Notes under the pieces: model-generated
The model's input: the letters and a program-made list of their open reading frames with translations, nothing else
Told to the model about the DNA's origin: nothing
Database searches by the model: none
Shown here: one piece after another, positions 13,404 to 25,004 of the stretch
Layout of the letters: each line of letters starts with the position of its first letter
Position numbering within the stretch: the stretch's first letter is position 1
Assembly: GCF_964188315.1 (NCBI RefSeq)
Contig: NC_135671.1
Location: forward strand, 35,774,001 to 35,838,000
Length of the DNA stretch: 64,000 bases
Source: Podarcis muralis
Taxonomy: Eukaryota
Reading direction: 5' to 3'
Position numbers and translations under genes: made by a program

Positions 13404-14067
13404 TTTATTTATTTATTTTAAATGATATTTATTACTTTTTTCAACACAACATTACAAACAAAAAAAAGAAAAGAAAAAGAACAATACAAATACAATACAA
13501 AAACACTACACAACACCAACACATCAAACCAACAAAACAAAGCAAAAATAAACAAAAACAGTTTAAAAACACCTCAAACATTTTCAATATCTTATCTTTC
13601 ATTCACTTATTTCCAACGACCTCCTCACACCTCCCTTTTTGTATTCCACTTCTATTAATTGTTTCAGCAATTCCTTTCCATCTTCCTCTGTTTTCTATTC
13701 TATAATTATCTTAACACATTCTTGCCTTATTTTTTCCTTTAATTTTCTATTAATCTATTTATACTTAATTCCTTATAACATTTCTACTAAAGCCATATAA
13801 CTTCATTCCAACATTCTTCTAACATTCCTTAATTTTACAATATTTCTATAAATAGTCTTTAAACTTTTTCCAGTCTTCTTCCACCGACTCTTCTCCCTGG
13901 TCTCGGATCTTGCCAGTCATTTCCGCCAATTCCATATAGTCCATCAACTTCATCTGCCATTATCCAACACTTCAGTACTTTCAAGAAGCAGCCATTCTCT
14001 CAGCCAGCAAAAAGCAGATGGTTCACAACAAAGTTTAGGGGTCTGGCAGGGCAAGTCCACCTCCTTC
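13404..14067 (-). mobile_element. 5'-truncated, internally deleted L1 fragment with 15-bp TSD
   Basis: TSD tggccactgctgctc at 13389-13403 and 14068-14082; empty site near 33450. Translates GGLALPDPKL...FCWLREWLLLE joined to WQMKLMDYMELAEMTGKIRDQ. Confidence 0.88.
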
Positions 14068-14439
14068 TGGCCACTGCTGCTCCTTCCTGATCTAGATCTT
14101 CACTCATTCCTTCTTCCCCAAGGGGGACACCATTTTGTGGTTCACTTCACATGCCCAAAGGTCTTGCACTGGCCCTGGCTCACGCATTACAAATATTTTA
14201 ATTGTACAACTCTGAGAGGATTGGAAACGTTTCTGTGAAGTCACTGCATGCATCCATTTAAAATGGGTGTATACTTTTACCCTTATGCCCAACAAAGAAT
14301 TTGCACACCAGTAAATAGAGGAAGATTGGTTTATTACAGAGAAATGAAAGCAGTGCCCAGCAATGCAAGGAGGGAGCTGAAGAACAAAATAGGAAAAGGT
14401 AAGGGAACACCCAGCTACTTGAAATGAATTCAAATCTCC

Positions 14440-15190
14440 AGGGAATGATGAGCTGCACCAAGGGTCCTAGAAGGAGCTCGAGGATGTAATCTCAGAACCT
14501 CTGTCTATAATCTTTGAGAATTCTTGGAGAACAAGTGAGGTCCCTGCTGTGTGAAGGCGAGCAATTTTTGTCCCCATCTTCAAAGGGGGGTGGGAGGAAG
14601 ACCAGTCAGCTTGACACTGATACCAGAAAAGGTCCTAGAACAAAGAATTATTGTACTTGATAAGTCTGTGAGCATTTAGAAAAGGATGCTGTGATTACCA
14701 AGACCCAGCATGGCTTTCTCAAAAACAAGTCATACCAGACAAATCTCATTTTTTATTTTATTTTATAGCATTACAAGTGGATCAGGGGAATGCTGTGGAT
14801 GTAGAGAGTCTTGATTTCAGTAAGGCTTTTGACAAAGTCCCCCTCTAGAGGAGATATGACAGTCATCTTCAAATACCTAAAGGGCTATCACATGGAAGAT
14901 GGATCAAGCTTGTTTTATCCTACTCCAGGGCGTACAATCTGAACCAATGGCTTCAAGTTACAAGAGATTCCAGCTAAACATCTGGAAAAACTTTCTGAAG
15001 ACAGTGGAACGAACTTCCTTGGACGTAGGTGGCCTCTCCTTGGGAGCTTCTTAAGCAGAGGTTAGATAGCCACCAACCATGAATGCTTTAGTTGAGATTC
15101 CTTCATTGCAAGGGGTTGAACTAGATGACCCTCAGGGTCCCTTCCAACTCTACATTTCAGCAATTGTATGATTCTATGATTCTAAATGGG
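14440..15190 (+). mobile_element. CR1 3' fragments (part of the duplicated module)
   Basis: RT remnants (QHGFLKNKS, DFSKAFDKV) and CR1 3' end with (ATTCTAT) tail; also at about 25313-25605 and 33820-38540. Confidence 0.75.
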
Positions 15191-15246
15191 TGCTGTCTTG
15201 GGCAGCAAGATTACACATATCTGGGCAGCAATGCAATCATTAAGTC

Positions 15247-15382
15247 AGTGTTTCTCAAACTTGGGTCCCCAGCTGTTGTTGAACTAGAATTCCCATCACC
15301 ACTGACCACTGGTCCTGCAAGCTAAGGATTGTGGGAGTTGTAGTTCAACAATAGCTGGAAACCCAAGTTTGAGAAACACACT
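15247..15382. mobile_element. hAT-like MITE (homologs at about 25669-25803 and 38599-38733)
   Basis: Long TIRs cagtgtttctcaaacttggg / cccaagtttgagaaacac. Confidence 0.75.
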
Positions 15383-15540
15383 GTGTGAGTGAATAATGCA
15401 AAGACCATTTGGTTGCCTTTACTATTCCTGAATCATAAATCTACTCTTGGAAGATTTAATTATCTATTTGAAGTCTGGTTACTACTTACAGGGGAGTGAT
15501 TTTTAATATAAGGCAAATGTAAGATTATGATGCTGATCTT

Positions 15541-18047
15541 TAGTTTTTTTGTCAATCAATCCTTTATTAGGCATATCAAACCCCACATTATAAAACAAAC
15601 ACCGTATACAGATTGTGGAAAATACGAATTCAGCATAACAATTTGCATAAATAATACAGTATAACACTACCACATCACCGGCCAATCAAGAACCACTAAA
15701 TCTCTCTATAATGGCCCAGTCTTTCCACATGGACAGCACACAAAAATTTAGCCACTATTAAAGTAATTTGATCATTCCTGTCCGAGAGCAGGTCCTGAAC
15801 TGTTGGTGGCATAGAACCGAGCCTGTTAAGTTGTAAGGCCTCTAATAATTGTCTTCCGGCATAAATGCCAAAATCACAAGAAAAGAAAATATGCTCCAAT
15901 GTATCGGGTTCCTGCCTACCACATTTGCAGAGATGCTCTGCTTCTGGGAGAGCTAAATATCTTCCTCTTACTATCATCAAGGGAAACATATTAAATCTGG
16001 CTAGCATAAACAGCCTGCACAGTTCATGATTCTTCAGATTTGTCATGTAACCCTTTTGAAAATCTCTACACAAAGGGAGATTTAAATAGAGAGGAGAGCA
16101 AGTGCTGTGCTTTGCAACCTCAAGAGTGGAGAGAACACTTTTTCCTGTAAAATTCTTCCTGGTAATTTCCCAGGTATCTTTGGCGTCAGAATTTTCAAAG
16201 TCAATTAGATGAAGCCCTATTGAGTTCAATTTTCTCCTACAAATCAATGATAAATTGTAAATTACATTATCACTTAAGAGGTCGTAAAGGAGAGAGTTAG
16301 GAGATAGGGCTCTATAATGCAGGAAGATCCAATATTCCAAGGTTCTCAGCCATACTCTTACTGATAAAGGAAGTATTCCCAACTCACAACATATTGATTC
16401 ATATTTAATGGAATTTGCAAGTCCTAATAATGACCTCAGAAGGAATGCATGAAATTTATCCAACCTCTTAAGGTCACCTGAAATCCACACTGGGGTGCCA
16501 TATAAAAGTTGGGCACAAAGTTTCATATCAATCACTTGCAATACAGCTGGAATATATCTATTTCCTACAGGAGAAAAAAAAATAGGATTTAATATGGTGA
16601 GCTGTCACTTTAGCCTTAGCCATTGCAGCACAGATATGTGTGTTCCAATTCATGTTATTTTTAAATACAATTCCCAGATAATTGAAATGCTTAACTTCTT
16701 GCATTAGATGTCCATTGGTTATCCAATTTTTTTGGTTCCCTCTCTTTGTAAATTGCATAATTTTTGTCTTATCATAGTTAATTTTGAGGTTATTAAGAGA
16801 GCAAAAGTTTGAAAAGCTCTTAAATATTTTTTTTAAGCCTAAAGAGGAAAGTGAGATAATTACCGCATCATCTGCATAAAGTAATTAAAAAACTGGGATA
16901 TTATTTAAATAAGGAATATGAGTGGTTACATTTTGAAGAAATAATGAAAGGTCAGATAAAAAGAGATTAAATAGGGTAGGGGCCAGGATACAGCCTTGCC
17001 TAACTCCTCGGTTATTCAGAATTGGTCCTACAAATCTACCATCTTTTGAAACTTTAACATATATTTGGTTATTGGAGTGTAAACTTTGAATCAATGTAAG
17101 CAGGTATGGGACAATACCAAGGTGTTCTAATTTGGTCCACAGTTTATTACGATCGACCGAATCAAAGGCACTTTTTAAATCTACAAATGCCACAAAAAGT
17201 CTTTGTTTGTTTCTCAAGACATATTTGTCTACAAGATGACTTAACACTAGACACTGGTCAAGAGTTGAAGAACCTGTCTTGAAACCAGCTTGTTCCTTAC
17301 CTTTTGTAAGCATCGATTCTTCCAGTTTAATAAGCAGGAATTTGGCATAGATTTTACTTATGCATGGTAACAAACTAATAGGCCTGTAATTCTCTTGGCA
17401 ATTCCTATCACCTTTTTAAAAAATCGGCACCACTATTGAGTTATTCCATGATTTAGGTACAAGGACTAAATGATTAATAGAGTTAAAGAGCCGGACAAGA
17501 TTAGTGGCCCACTATTCCACATTTAATCTCAGCAGATCTAGTGAGATGCCGTCCATATCAGGGGATTTTCCTTGCTTTAACGAAAGAATTATCTTTTTCA
17601 TCTCCTCAACATTAATTTGAAATTGTGTGGTTATTACTGAAGAAGATTTAAAATTTTCCATCTTAAAAACTTGCGAATCATAAAAAACAGCAGTAAAATG
17701 CCTAATCCAAGCTTCATCACTTATATTAGGAAAGTCAGTGGTAGCTTTTATTGAAAGGAGTGAGCAAAAGGTTTTGGTATCTTTAATTTCTAATGCAGTG
17801 ACAATTTTAGACCATTTGGCTTGTGAAAACACAGATATTTTTTCCAGGAGCATGTTCTTAAAAGCGTTTTTCATTTCAAAATAGGTATTCCAGAGACCTT
17901 GGGAGTTAGTGATAGAGGCTTCTTTTAGACAGGCTCTGAGTTCCATCTTATGGTTGATACATTCTTTATCAAACCAATTATACTTATTTGAAGGTTTTTT
18001 TTTGCTGAACTGGAGATTTCAAAAGGAAGAAAATAATTCCTGAATTA
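15541..18047 (-). mobile_element. 5'-truncated non-LTR retrotransposon, RTE-X-like
   Basis: RT motifs (EQAGFK, FVDLKSAFDSV, GVRQGCILAPTLFNLF), C-terminal CxC...TLEHIFFSC knuckle, 3' aataaaggattgattga tail. Absent from units B and C. Clade assignment is less sure than the LINE call. Confidence 0.75.
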
Positions 18048-18131
18048 GTATTAGGGTTAATATATTTGTTCTGCTATCCAAGTGATGTTGGCTCCCACTC
18101 CTGCTACTATAAGGTGTGACAGCAAAAGACA

Positions 18132-19067
18132 CTAATGAAAATGGCGCCTAATGATCCTCTTCAAGGCTGCTTTCATCTCACTATTCCTGAGACTGTAGAT
18201 GAAGGGATTCAGCATAGGGGTCACCATGGTATACATGACAGCAGCCACAGTGTCCTTGCGATCCGAGTTGTTGGAACGTGGCTTGAAATAAATCCAGCTC
18301 ACAGTGCCATAAAACAAGACCACCACAGCAATGTGGGACCCACACGTGGAGAAAGCCTTTTTCTTTCCAGAGTTGGATGGAATCTTGAGGATGGTGTAGA
18401 AAATGCCCATATAGGAGATGACGATCAGCAAAAACGGTCCCAGGACCTCCACCGACCCTTCAGTCAGAATCAGCATTTCTATGACACTGCGGTCTGAGCA
18501 AGAGATCTCCAACACAGGGTAAAGATCGCAGAAGAAATGTGGGATCTCTCTAGAGTTACAGAAAGACATGTGGGACATCAAAATGGTATAAAGCAGAGAG
18601 TGGACAATAGGGATAACCCAGGACACTGTTGCGAGGAGGAGGCAACGCTTACGGCTCATCAGGGCAGAATAACGCAGGGGGAAGCAGATGGCCACGTAAC
18701 GGTCGTAGGCCATGGAAGCCAACAGGAAGCTGTCTGAGTTGCCAAAACACACATAAAAGTACATCTGGACCAGGCAGCCATGATAAGAGATGGTCTTTTT
18801 CTGAGACAACAAGTTTTCTAGCACTTTGGGGATGGTGGTGGAGGTGAAGCCCAAGTCAGCTAAGGCAAGGTGGCTGAGGAAGAAATACATAGGAGCTTGG
18901 AGGAGCCGTAAATCAGAACGGATCAAGAAGATGATTGTTGCGTTCCCCAGAAAGGCCAGCAGGTACATAGAGAAGAATAGCAGGAAGAGGAGCCCTTGGA
19001 ACTCTGGCTGGATTGGGAAGCCATGGAGGAATAACTCAGAGAAGTCTGTTGCATTCCCAGGACTCAT
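18132..19067 (-). CDS. Olfactory receptor OR-A, intact (311 aa)
   Basis: All canonical OR motifs; GNAT sequon. Confidence 0.97.
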   Translation of the reverse strand: MSPGNATDFSELFLHGFPIQPEFQGLLFLLFFSMYLLAFLGNATIIFLIRSDLRLLQAPMYFFLSHLALADLGFTSTTIPKVLENLLSQKKTISYHGCLVQMYFYVCFGNSDSFLLASMAYDRYVAICFPLRYSALMSRKRCLLLATVSWVIPIVHSLLYTILMSHMSFCNSREIPHFFCDLYPVLEISCSDRSVIEMLILTEGSVEVLGPFLLIVISYMGIFYTILKIPSNSGKKKAFSTCGSHIAVVVLFYGTVSWIYFKPRSNNSDRKDTVAAVMYTMVTPMLNPFIYSLRNSEMKAALKRIIRRHFH

Positions 19068-19622
19068 TAGGCTAAATCTGCCGTAGGGGCAAGAAGAAGA
19101 AATGTTTAGGCTAGTAAATTCTCCACCCTCTGCTTGCTAGCTGCCCAAACTGAACTATGCAGAAATCCCTCTTTCCTCTCCTCATATCATATTCTCCATC
19201 TCTGTTTTTGAGATACTGCCAGACATTGACATAGCAAGGGACTTTAAGACTCTGGATTAGAAGCTGAAGGGCCTTAGGGTACAGGTGGTTTTTTCATCAC
19301 TGTGGGCTAAAGGTCACATCCACACCAAGCATTTAAAGCACACCTGACAAACATAGTAAGTCTCTCCCCCCCCCCCCCAATAATTCTGAGAACCATACTT
19401 TGCTAAGGGTGCTGGGAATTGCTTCTCTATGAGTGGTAAAATACAGATCCCAGAAGTCTTTGGGGATAGGCATGTGCTTTAATTGTACTGAGTGAATTCA
19501 GCAGATACTGATTAGTAACCATTAAAAAATCCTCAATAGGTTTCTTGGATGTTAGAAGCTTTTAAGTGGGTAACACATTGTTTCACCAATCTATGAGCAG
19601 TGAGAGATTCCAGAGGTACCAG

Positions 19623-20466
19623 TGTGATAGGAATTTTGAGGTCTTAGATATATGGTAATGTTCATAAGTGTACCAACCAAGCATGTACATAGATCAGCAC
19701 AGGAAGACCAACCTGAAACCATTTTGATTCCCAAACTGACCAAATGTTTTCTCTGCAAGGTCAAAGGAAAATGGAAAAGCCTCCCCATTGTCTTTTCCTT
19801 CACAAATCCTGTCTTAAGGGTATCTGAAGAAGTGTGCATGCACACGAAAGCTCATACCAAGAACTAACTTAGTTGGTCTTTAAGGTGCTACTGCAAGGAA
19901 TTTTTTTTGTTTTGACTATGGCAGACCAACACGGCTACCCATCTGTACCTGTCTTAAGGGTATGTCTGTGTTTGAATAGGGTGTGAGCCTGTGACATGGC
20001 CCATTACAAAAGACTGGCTAGGCTCCCCAGGCAATCCAATCTAGTAAGCAGGTATCCAATCAAGTAACCTGCCAGACAGGAGAAAAACAACATTCACATT
20101 TCTGTTTTAGACCGCCTTTTCTGTGATGTAGGTATGATGTATCAGAGGGGTGGTCTTAGGTTACACCCCTTCTGTGATGTATGTATGATGTTTCTGGGGG
20201 TGGTCTTGATGTACAGGGTGGCAATTTCAAAAGTCCATATAAGGCCTTGCGTGCCATTGTTCTGGGTTCCTCCTCCCTCCTTTGTGTAGTGAGTGAGAAC
20301 CCTGTTGCAACCGATCAATAAAGATCAGGCTTACTAGCTGCTTTGCTTCTCAATATTCTCTGGTTGGCCTCTGTTATTTTCTCCTACCAATAGGGAACCT
20401 ACGGAAGGACTCTATATGGGCTCTTGGATACCCCATAAGGGAAAAGGGCAATTTTTGTTTAAAACA
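19623..20466 (+). mobile_element. Solo LTR (ERV1- or gypsy-like), 4-bp TSD
   Basis: TGT...ACA ends, TSD ccag, CCAAT boxes, two internal direct repeats, catataag TATA and aataaa. Homolog at 31090-31810; empty site at 44629-44632. Confidence 0.88.
19824..19947 (+). mobile_element. Penelope-type short repeat with a minimal type I hammerhead motif
   Basis: ctgaaga-a-gtgtgcatgcacac-gaaa-gctc; 16-bp TSD cctgtcttaagggtat; empty site near 31275-31290. Confidence 0.85.
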
Positions 20467-21044
20467 CCAGGCATGTTTAACAGGGTCTGTGTTTACTTTT
20501 GGAACAATGAGGCCAAGTGGAGTCCGTGATCTCTTTCTGATTCAGGGTTTACTTACATATCTATGCAACCTGTGTCTAGATGGAGAGAGATCAGAGCATT
20601 CACATCCCAAGAAGGTCCTGTTTCTTCCATTGCTGCAGCCTCAGATTCCAAGAGACTCCAAATATCATGCCTGACCTCCTCTGCAGCTTGAAACAGACTG
20701 CCTGCTTTATGCTTTGCCCTCCACACTCTGGCTTCAAAAAGTGACAATTCTTTCCTGTTTGCTTACCTCATTGCCCACTGCAGTTCTGCTCCCCCCTCCT
20801 GAAACTCTGTCCTTTTGTCTCTGCTAATCATCTCTTACCTCAGCGAGGGCTTTCCCCATTTTCTGTCCAGCCCATACAGAAAATGGCCTTCTTAAAGGGT
20901 GTTTCCAGGACATGGAAAAACAGCTTTAAACTCAAACCCCCATTAGGCCCGGGAATTTAGGAGTTTCCTTAAATTCTAACCCTTCACCGAATCCAGACAT
21001 TTTAGGGGAGCCTTGCTCCCACCCAAAAACATAAGAATATTCAC

Positions 21045-21360
21045 ACTTACTTAAGTAAAGGCACTTCCTGTTTGCTCTCTTGCTCCTGTCAATGTGAAGA
21101 ACAAAGGAAGTGGACTTGTTCTGCATAGGACGAAACTGGCCTCCTTCATCTGCTGAGGAGATTAGCTCTGTGTTTTCTGATGCAAGGGAAGCTTTTGTTC
21201 ATCTCTGCTTAAGGGTGGTGATCTCCAGGGTCCAAGGAAGACTCAACCAGGTTCCCCCTCCAGAATTAATAGAATGCAATAGCATAAACTCTGGAGAATC
21301 ATCATTCAGAGACCCAACCCATCATTCAGCTTAACAAATTAGCTCGTCCTCATTAATAAG
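21045..21360 (-). promoter_or_regulatory. Candidate OR promoter and non-coding first exon (homologs at about 32392-32710 and 45148-45465)
   Basis: Minus-strand donor GTAAGT at 21045-21050, homeodomain-type TAATGAG at 21349-21355 and O/E-like CCCTGGAGA; conserved and free of insertions in all three units. Confidence 0.45.
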
Positions 21361-21431
21361 TGTTAGAAAAGTTTTTCCCTTTGAGTATGGATATTGGAGG
21401 ATTCTGGTTTTTTCCACAACTGGGAACAAGT

Positions 21432-21937
21432 TGGAAATATACTCGGAGTCGAGTGTGAATTTCCTGCGCTTTATTCAGCTCATAGTAGCAATGAATGAAA
21501 CTTTCCCCAAAATGGCTAGGTACCTCAGTGGTACCCCAGGATGCGAACAGGATCCGTTCCGGAGCCCCGTTTGCATCTTGATTAGAACGTAAGACGTGAT
21601 GGCGCGTCTGCGCGTGCATGGGTCGTGTTTTGCCGCTTCCGCGCATGCACGTGACGTCATTTTGAGCGTTTGCACATACGCGAGTGGTGAAACCCGTAAG
21701 TAATGCGCTGTTACTTCCGGGTTGCCGCAGAGCACAACCCGAAGGCGCTCTACCTGAAGCAAATTCAACCCGAGCTATGACTGTACGTTATTTACACAAT
21801 GGGCCCCGCGTGATTGGCTAATTCCAGGCTGCTCCTGTAGGCCAATCAGGTTGCGGAGTCACCTCCTCCAGAAGCCTGATTGGCTGCTCCTGCAGGCCAA
21901 TCAGGTTTGCTGATTCACTTCATCCAGGAGCCTGATT
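21432..21937 (-). mobile_element. Truncated solo LTR (CCAAT-rich) with a nested Tc1/mariner MITE at 21526-21785
   Basis: Homologous to the complete copy at 45536-46109; MITE ends cagtggtacc / gctatgactgta. Confidence 0.75.
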
Positions 21938-23639
21938 GCGATGCTCCGAAGGGTCCAAGAGCCCTCCCGCCACCTTCCCAAAGCCCACCTAGCTGTAGGA
22001 AGGAGGCAGCAGAGCTCCACCATCCTGTTAGAAGCCTGGTGACTCATTCCCAAAGCCCCGGAAGCTTCTGCCCAGCTTTGGGAAGGAGGCGCAATGCTCA
22101 CGGACACAACATCAACACCCCTTCATCGCCCTGGTAAGCTGGTGCCCCTACGAAAAAGATCACTGCACGTTACTGCTCTTACCCCAAGTATAATTGGATG
22201 GGTGGGCTTGTGCCCGCTCCATATTTTTGAGCGGTTTTTGAGCACTAAGTATTTCCCCAGGCAGCTTGGTTTCATCTCACAGGGGCAATAACGTCCTTGC
22301 AATTGGACATCCAAAACCACAGATTCTGGATCTACCCTGAGATGTCTTTCTAACAGTGCAGTCTGACTTGGAAATGTGAGAACCATCCCCATATGGGAGC
22401 TCCCCATAGTCTTGACTTCTGAAGCATATCTCCACATCTCAGTCCTGCCTCTCCTCGTTGTTTCCATATTTTCCACATCCCGATTTTAACGCCTTAATAT
22501 TCTCCGTCCCTGGTTCCACAATTCTCAATCATGTCAAACTTCATATATCCTTCCATCCATCGAATACAGCTTTATTTGTATGTATATATTTTTCCAACTG
22601 CCTTTTTACCAGCGCAGCTTCCTCTGACTCCATTCCAATCCGGGATGTTATCCAAGTCTGTTATCTGAAGTTCAATGCCGCAGCAACTCCCAGTCATTAA
22701 TCCTTCCAATCCAGGCTCTTGTCCAAACCTTCCTTTTGAGCTTTAATGAATCAGTACCTTCCACGTTAAATTGTTGGGCAAAACTGTTAGCAATATTGCA
22801 TTGTAAGTAAACTGTATTCCACAAATATCAGTCATTTGGCGATCGATCAGCCTCTGGAGACCGCACACTCCTCTCTCCGGGCCCTAGAGGGGGGGCTGCT
22901 AGACATCCATTTAGCCTTCTCTCTCGCTCATAATGAAAAACTTCTGCAAACAGCTGCACTGTATATTGTCCCAAGTTGTTATCTCAAATCATTGCAAAGT
23001 CAGCCAGCAAATAGCTCCTGCTTCCCATGAAGAAAGGGAGAGAATCACATTTTTCCATGCTGCATCATATTAACAAGCGCCATCTTGCCTCCTCTTCCAT
23101 CTTTGTCAAGTAAAGCTGCAGAATTAAATACCTAATTATAAATAGAGGTCCATCTGTCCTTTAAAAAAATAATAATTATATTAAGTTCTTACTGAGGCTT
23201 GGCATAGAAAACCAATTGTAGATGTTAAGAAGAGGAAAACAAACAAACAAACAAAAAAACACCATACCAAACACCTCCGTAATTCAAACGCCATGGTGAG
23301 AATCTCTTTGAGATCCGAGCTTAAACCCGCAGGGACTGTACAATTCTGCAGGTTTTTCCTTAGGCTTCTTCGGTCCAGACCATGTCTGTTTGTTGTCCAA
23401 ATCTATTCGTTTTTGCAAACAGATATTCCCGGCCATGAGAATGACATCGGAGAGTGCCAGCCGTATTGTGTTCTGCGACCCAGTGTCCTGCCGCTTGCAC
23501 CTTGATGCAAGTTGGCAGTCTCGGACAATCTGCGGGTCTACGAGATAGTCCTCCCCCACCTTGGGGAGTCTGCCAGGGCTAATTACCCCCATATCAGCCC
23601 TGAATTACCAGCACGGCTTGTTGGGATCCACAGAATGCT

Positions 23640-25004
23640 GTGTGAGATAATAAGTCTGCAGGCTTGAGGTTGAGAGCTGATGCAACAGGATGAGAAAGCC
23701 TTGGCTACGATCATCCTTGGAGTGGACGATAGCCAGCTGGTCTACGTAGCAGATAAGGTGACGGCAAGTGAGGCATGGAATGCGCTCAAGGCTGTCCATG
23801 TGCGAGAGACAGCTGGCTCGCTGATAACACTGACCAGGAGAATGTACCGGTGTCGGAAGAAAACGGGGGACTCCCTGGTAAACCACCTAAAGTCCCTAAC
23901 AGGCTGTTTCCAGGAGCTAGCCTTAAGAGGGAGGCCTGTGGGGGAAGAGGACAAAGTCTTTATAGTCCTGAGTTCCCTTGACGACAGCTATGATATGCTA
24001 GTCAATTCCCTCGAGTCAGTACAGACTGATAAACTGACTCTGGAATATGTTACCGGACGGTTGTATGCAGAGGAGGACAGGCGTGCAGAGAGAAAGACGA
24101 CCTCAGCCCAGCTGTCAGAGCATCCCAGAGAGAACAACAGCCGGGAAGAGCAGAGGTGTTGGGAGCCAGAGAAACAGCCAGGAGGAGCTGCTGCAGACCA
24201 GCCGGTGGTCAACAAAGTAAAAAGGTGGTTTTGCTGCAAGTCCAGTGGTCATCTGCTTCGGAGCTGTCCGAGAAAACAACAAAAACAGCAGAAGCACAGG
24301 AGGCAGCAGAGAGAGTCTACCGCTTGGGTGTCTGCATATGGCCAAGAAAATGAAGAGCTGTGGGTTCTGGACAGTGGAGCTTCTCAAACTTTTTGTAAAA
24401 GAAAAGCATTGCTGACTGATGCTAGGGCTTCAGACAAAAAGCATGTAAGTCTTGCTATAGGCCAGAAAGCTAATGTGGTCTGTGAGGGTGAGATTGTGTT
24501 CCCACAGCTGGGACACACATTCAGGAATGTGTTGTATGTGCCTAGTATGCAAAACAATCTCCTGCGTATTCCTGACTTGGCAAAAGCAGGCTTTGAAGTA
24601 AACTTCATGGGAGATCAGTGCCAGATAAAGCAAAATGGGGCAGTGTTGGCAAATGCTAACCTTAGAACTAATATGTATGTACTATGGTGTGAGTCTAAGG
24701 TTGCGAATGTGCAAAATGTCCCAACCCACGATATGTGTATTCATGTCCTGCACAGGCGTCTGGCTCATGCTAGCTTTAAGGTGCAGCCAGGTACTCTGTC
24801 TGACTGTATGAACTGCTTCTGTAGATATTTGTATATAAAGCTCACAATAAATAATAGTGCACTGAAGAACCTGGAACTCTGAGCATTTCTGCTAAAGTGC
24901 TGTGAAGAATTCGCAGAAGGCTGAGATCCGAACGTACGGGAGTCAGCCATTTCCCACCGCCGGAAACAGGAAGCTCAGTTTGAGGGTCTTCAAAGCCCAT
25001 GACA
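23640..25004 (+). mobile_element. Ty1/copia fragment: gag-protease-pre-integrase joined to the 3' half of an LTR
   Basis: ORF 23680-24882 has QDEKALATI, VLSSLDDSY, a degenerate CCHC knuckle, WVLDSGAS and LHRRLAHAS; then tgtatataaag, aataaa and an end at ...catgaca. Confidence 0.88.

Larger units (their letters stand above)
13193..22198. repeat. Segmental duplication unit A (carries OR 18132-19067)
   Basis: Colinear with units B and C from cttccatagaca... to ...ctcttaccccaagt. Confidence 0.9.

Noticed and set aside
22480-23640. Possible old L1/Tx1-like remnants on the minus strand between unit A and the copia fragment
   Set aside because: Only vague motif traces; too degraded to support a call by eye.
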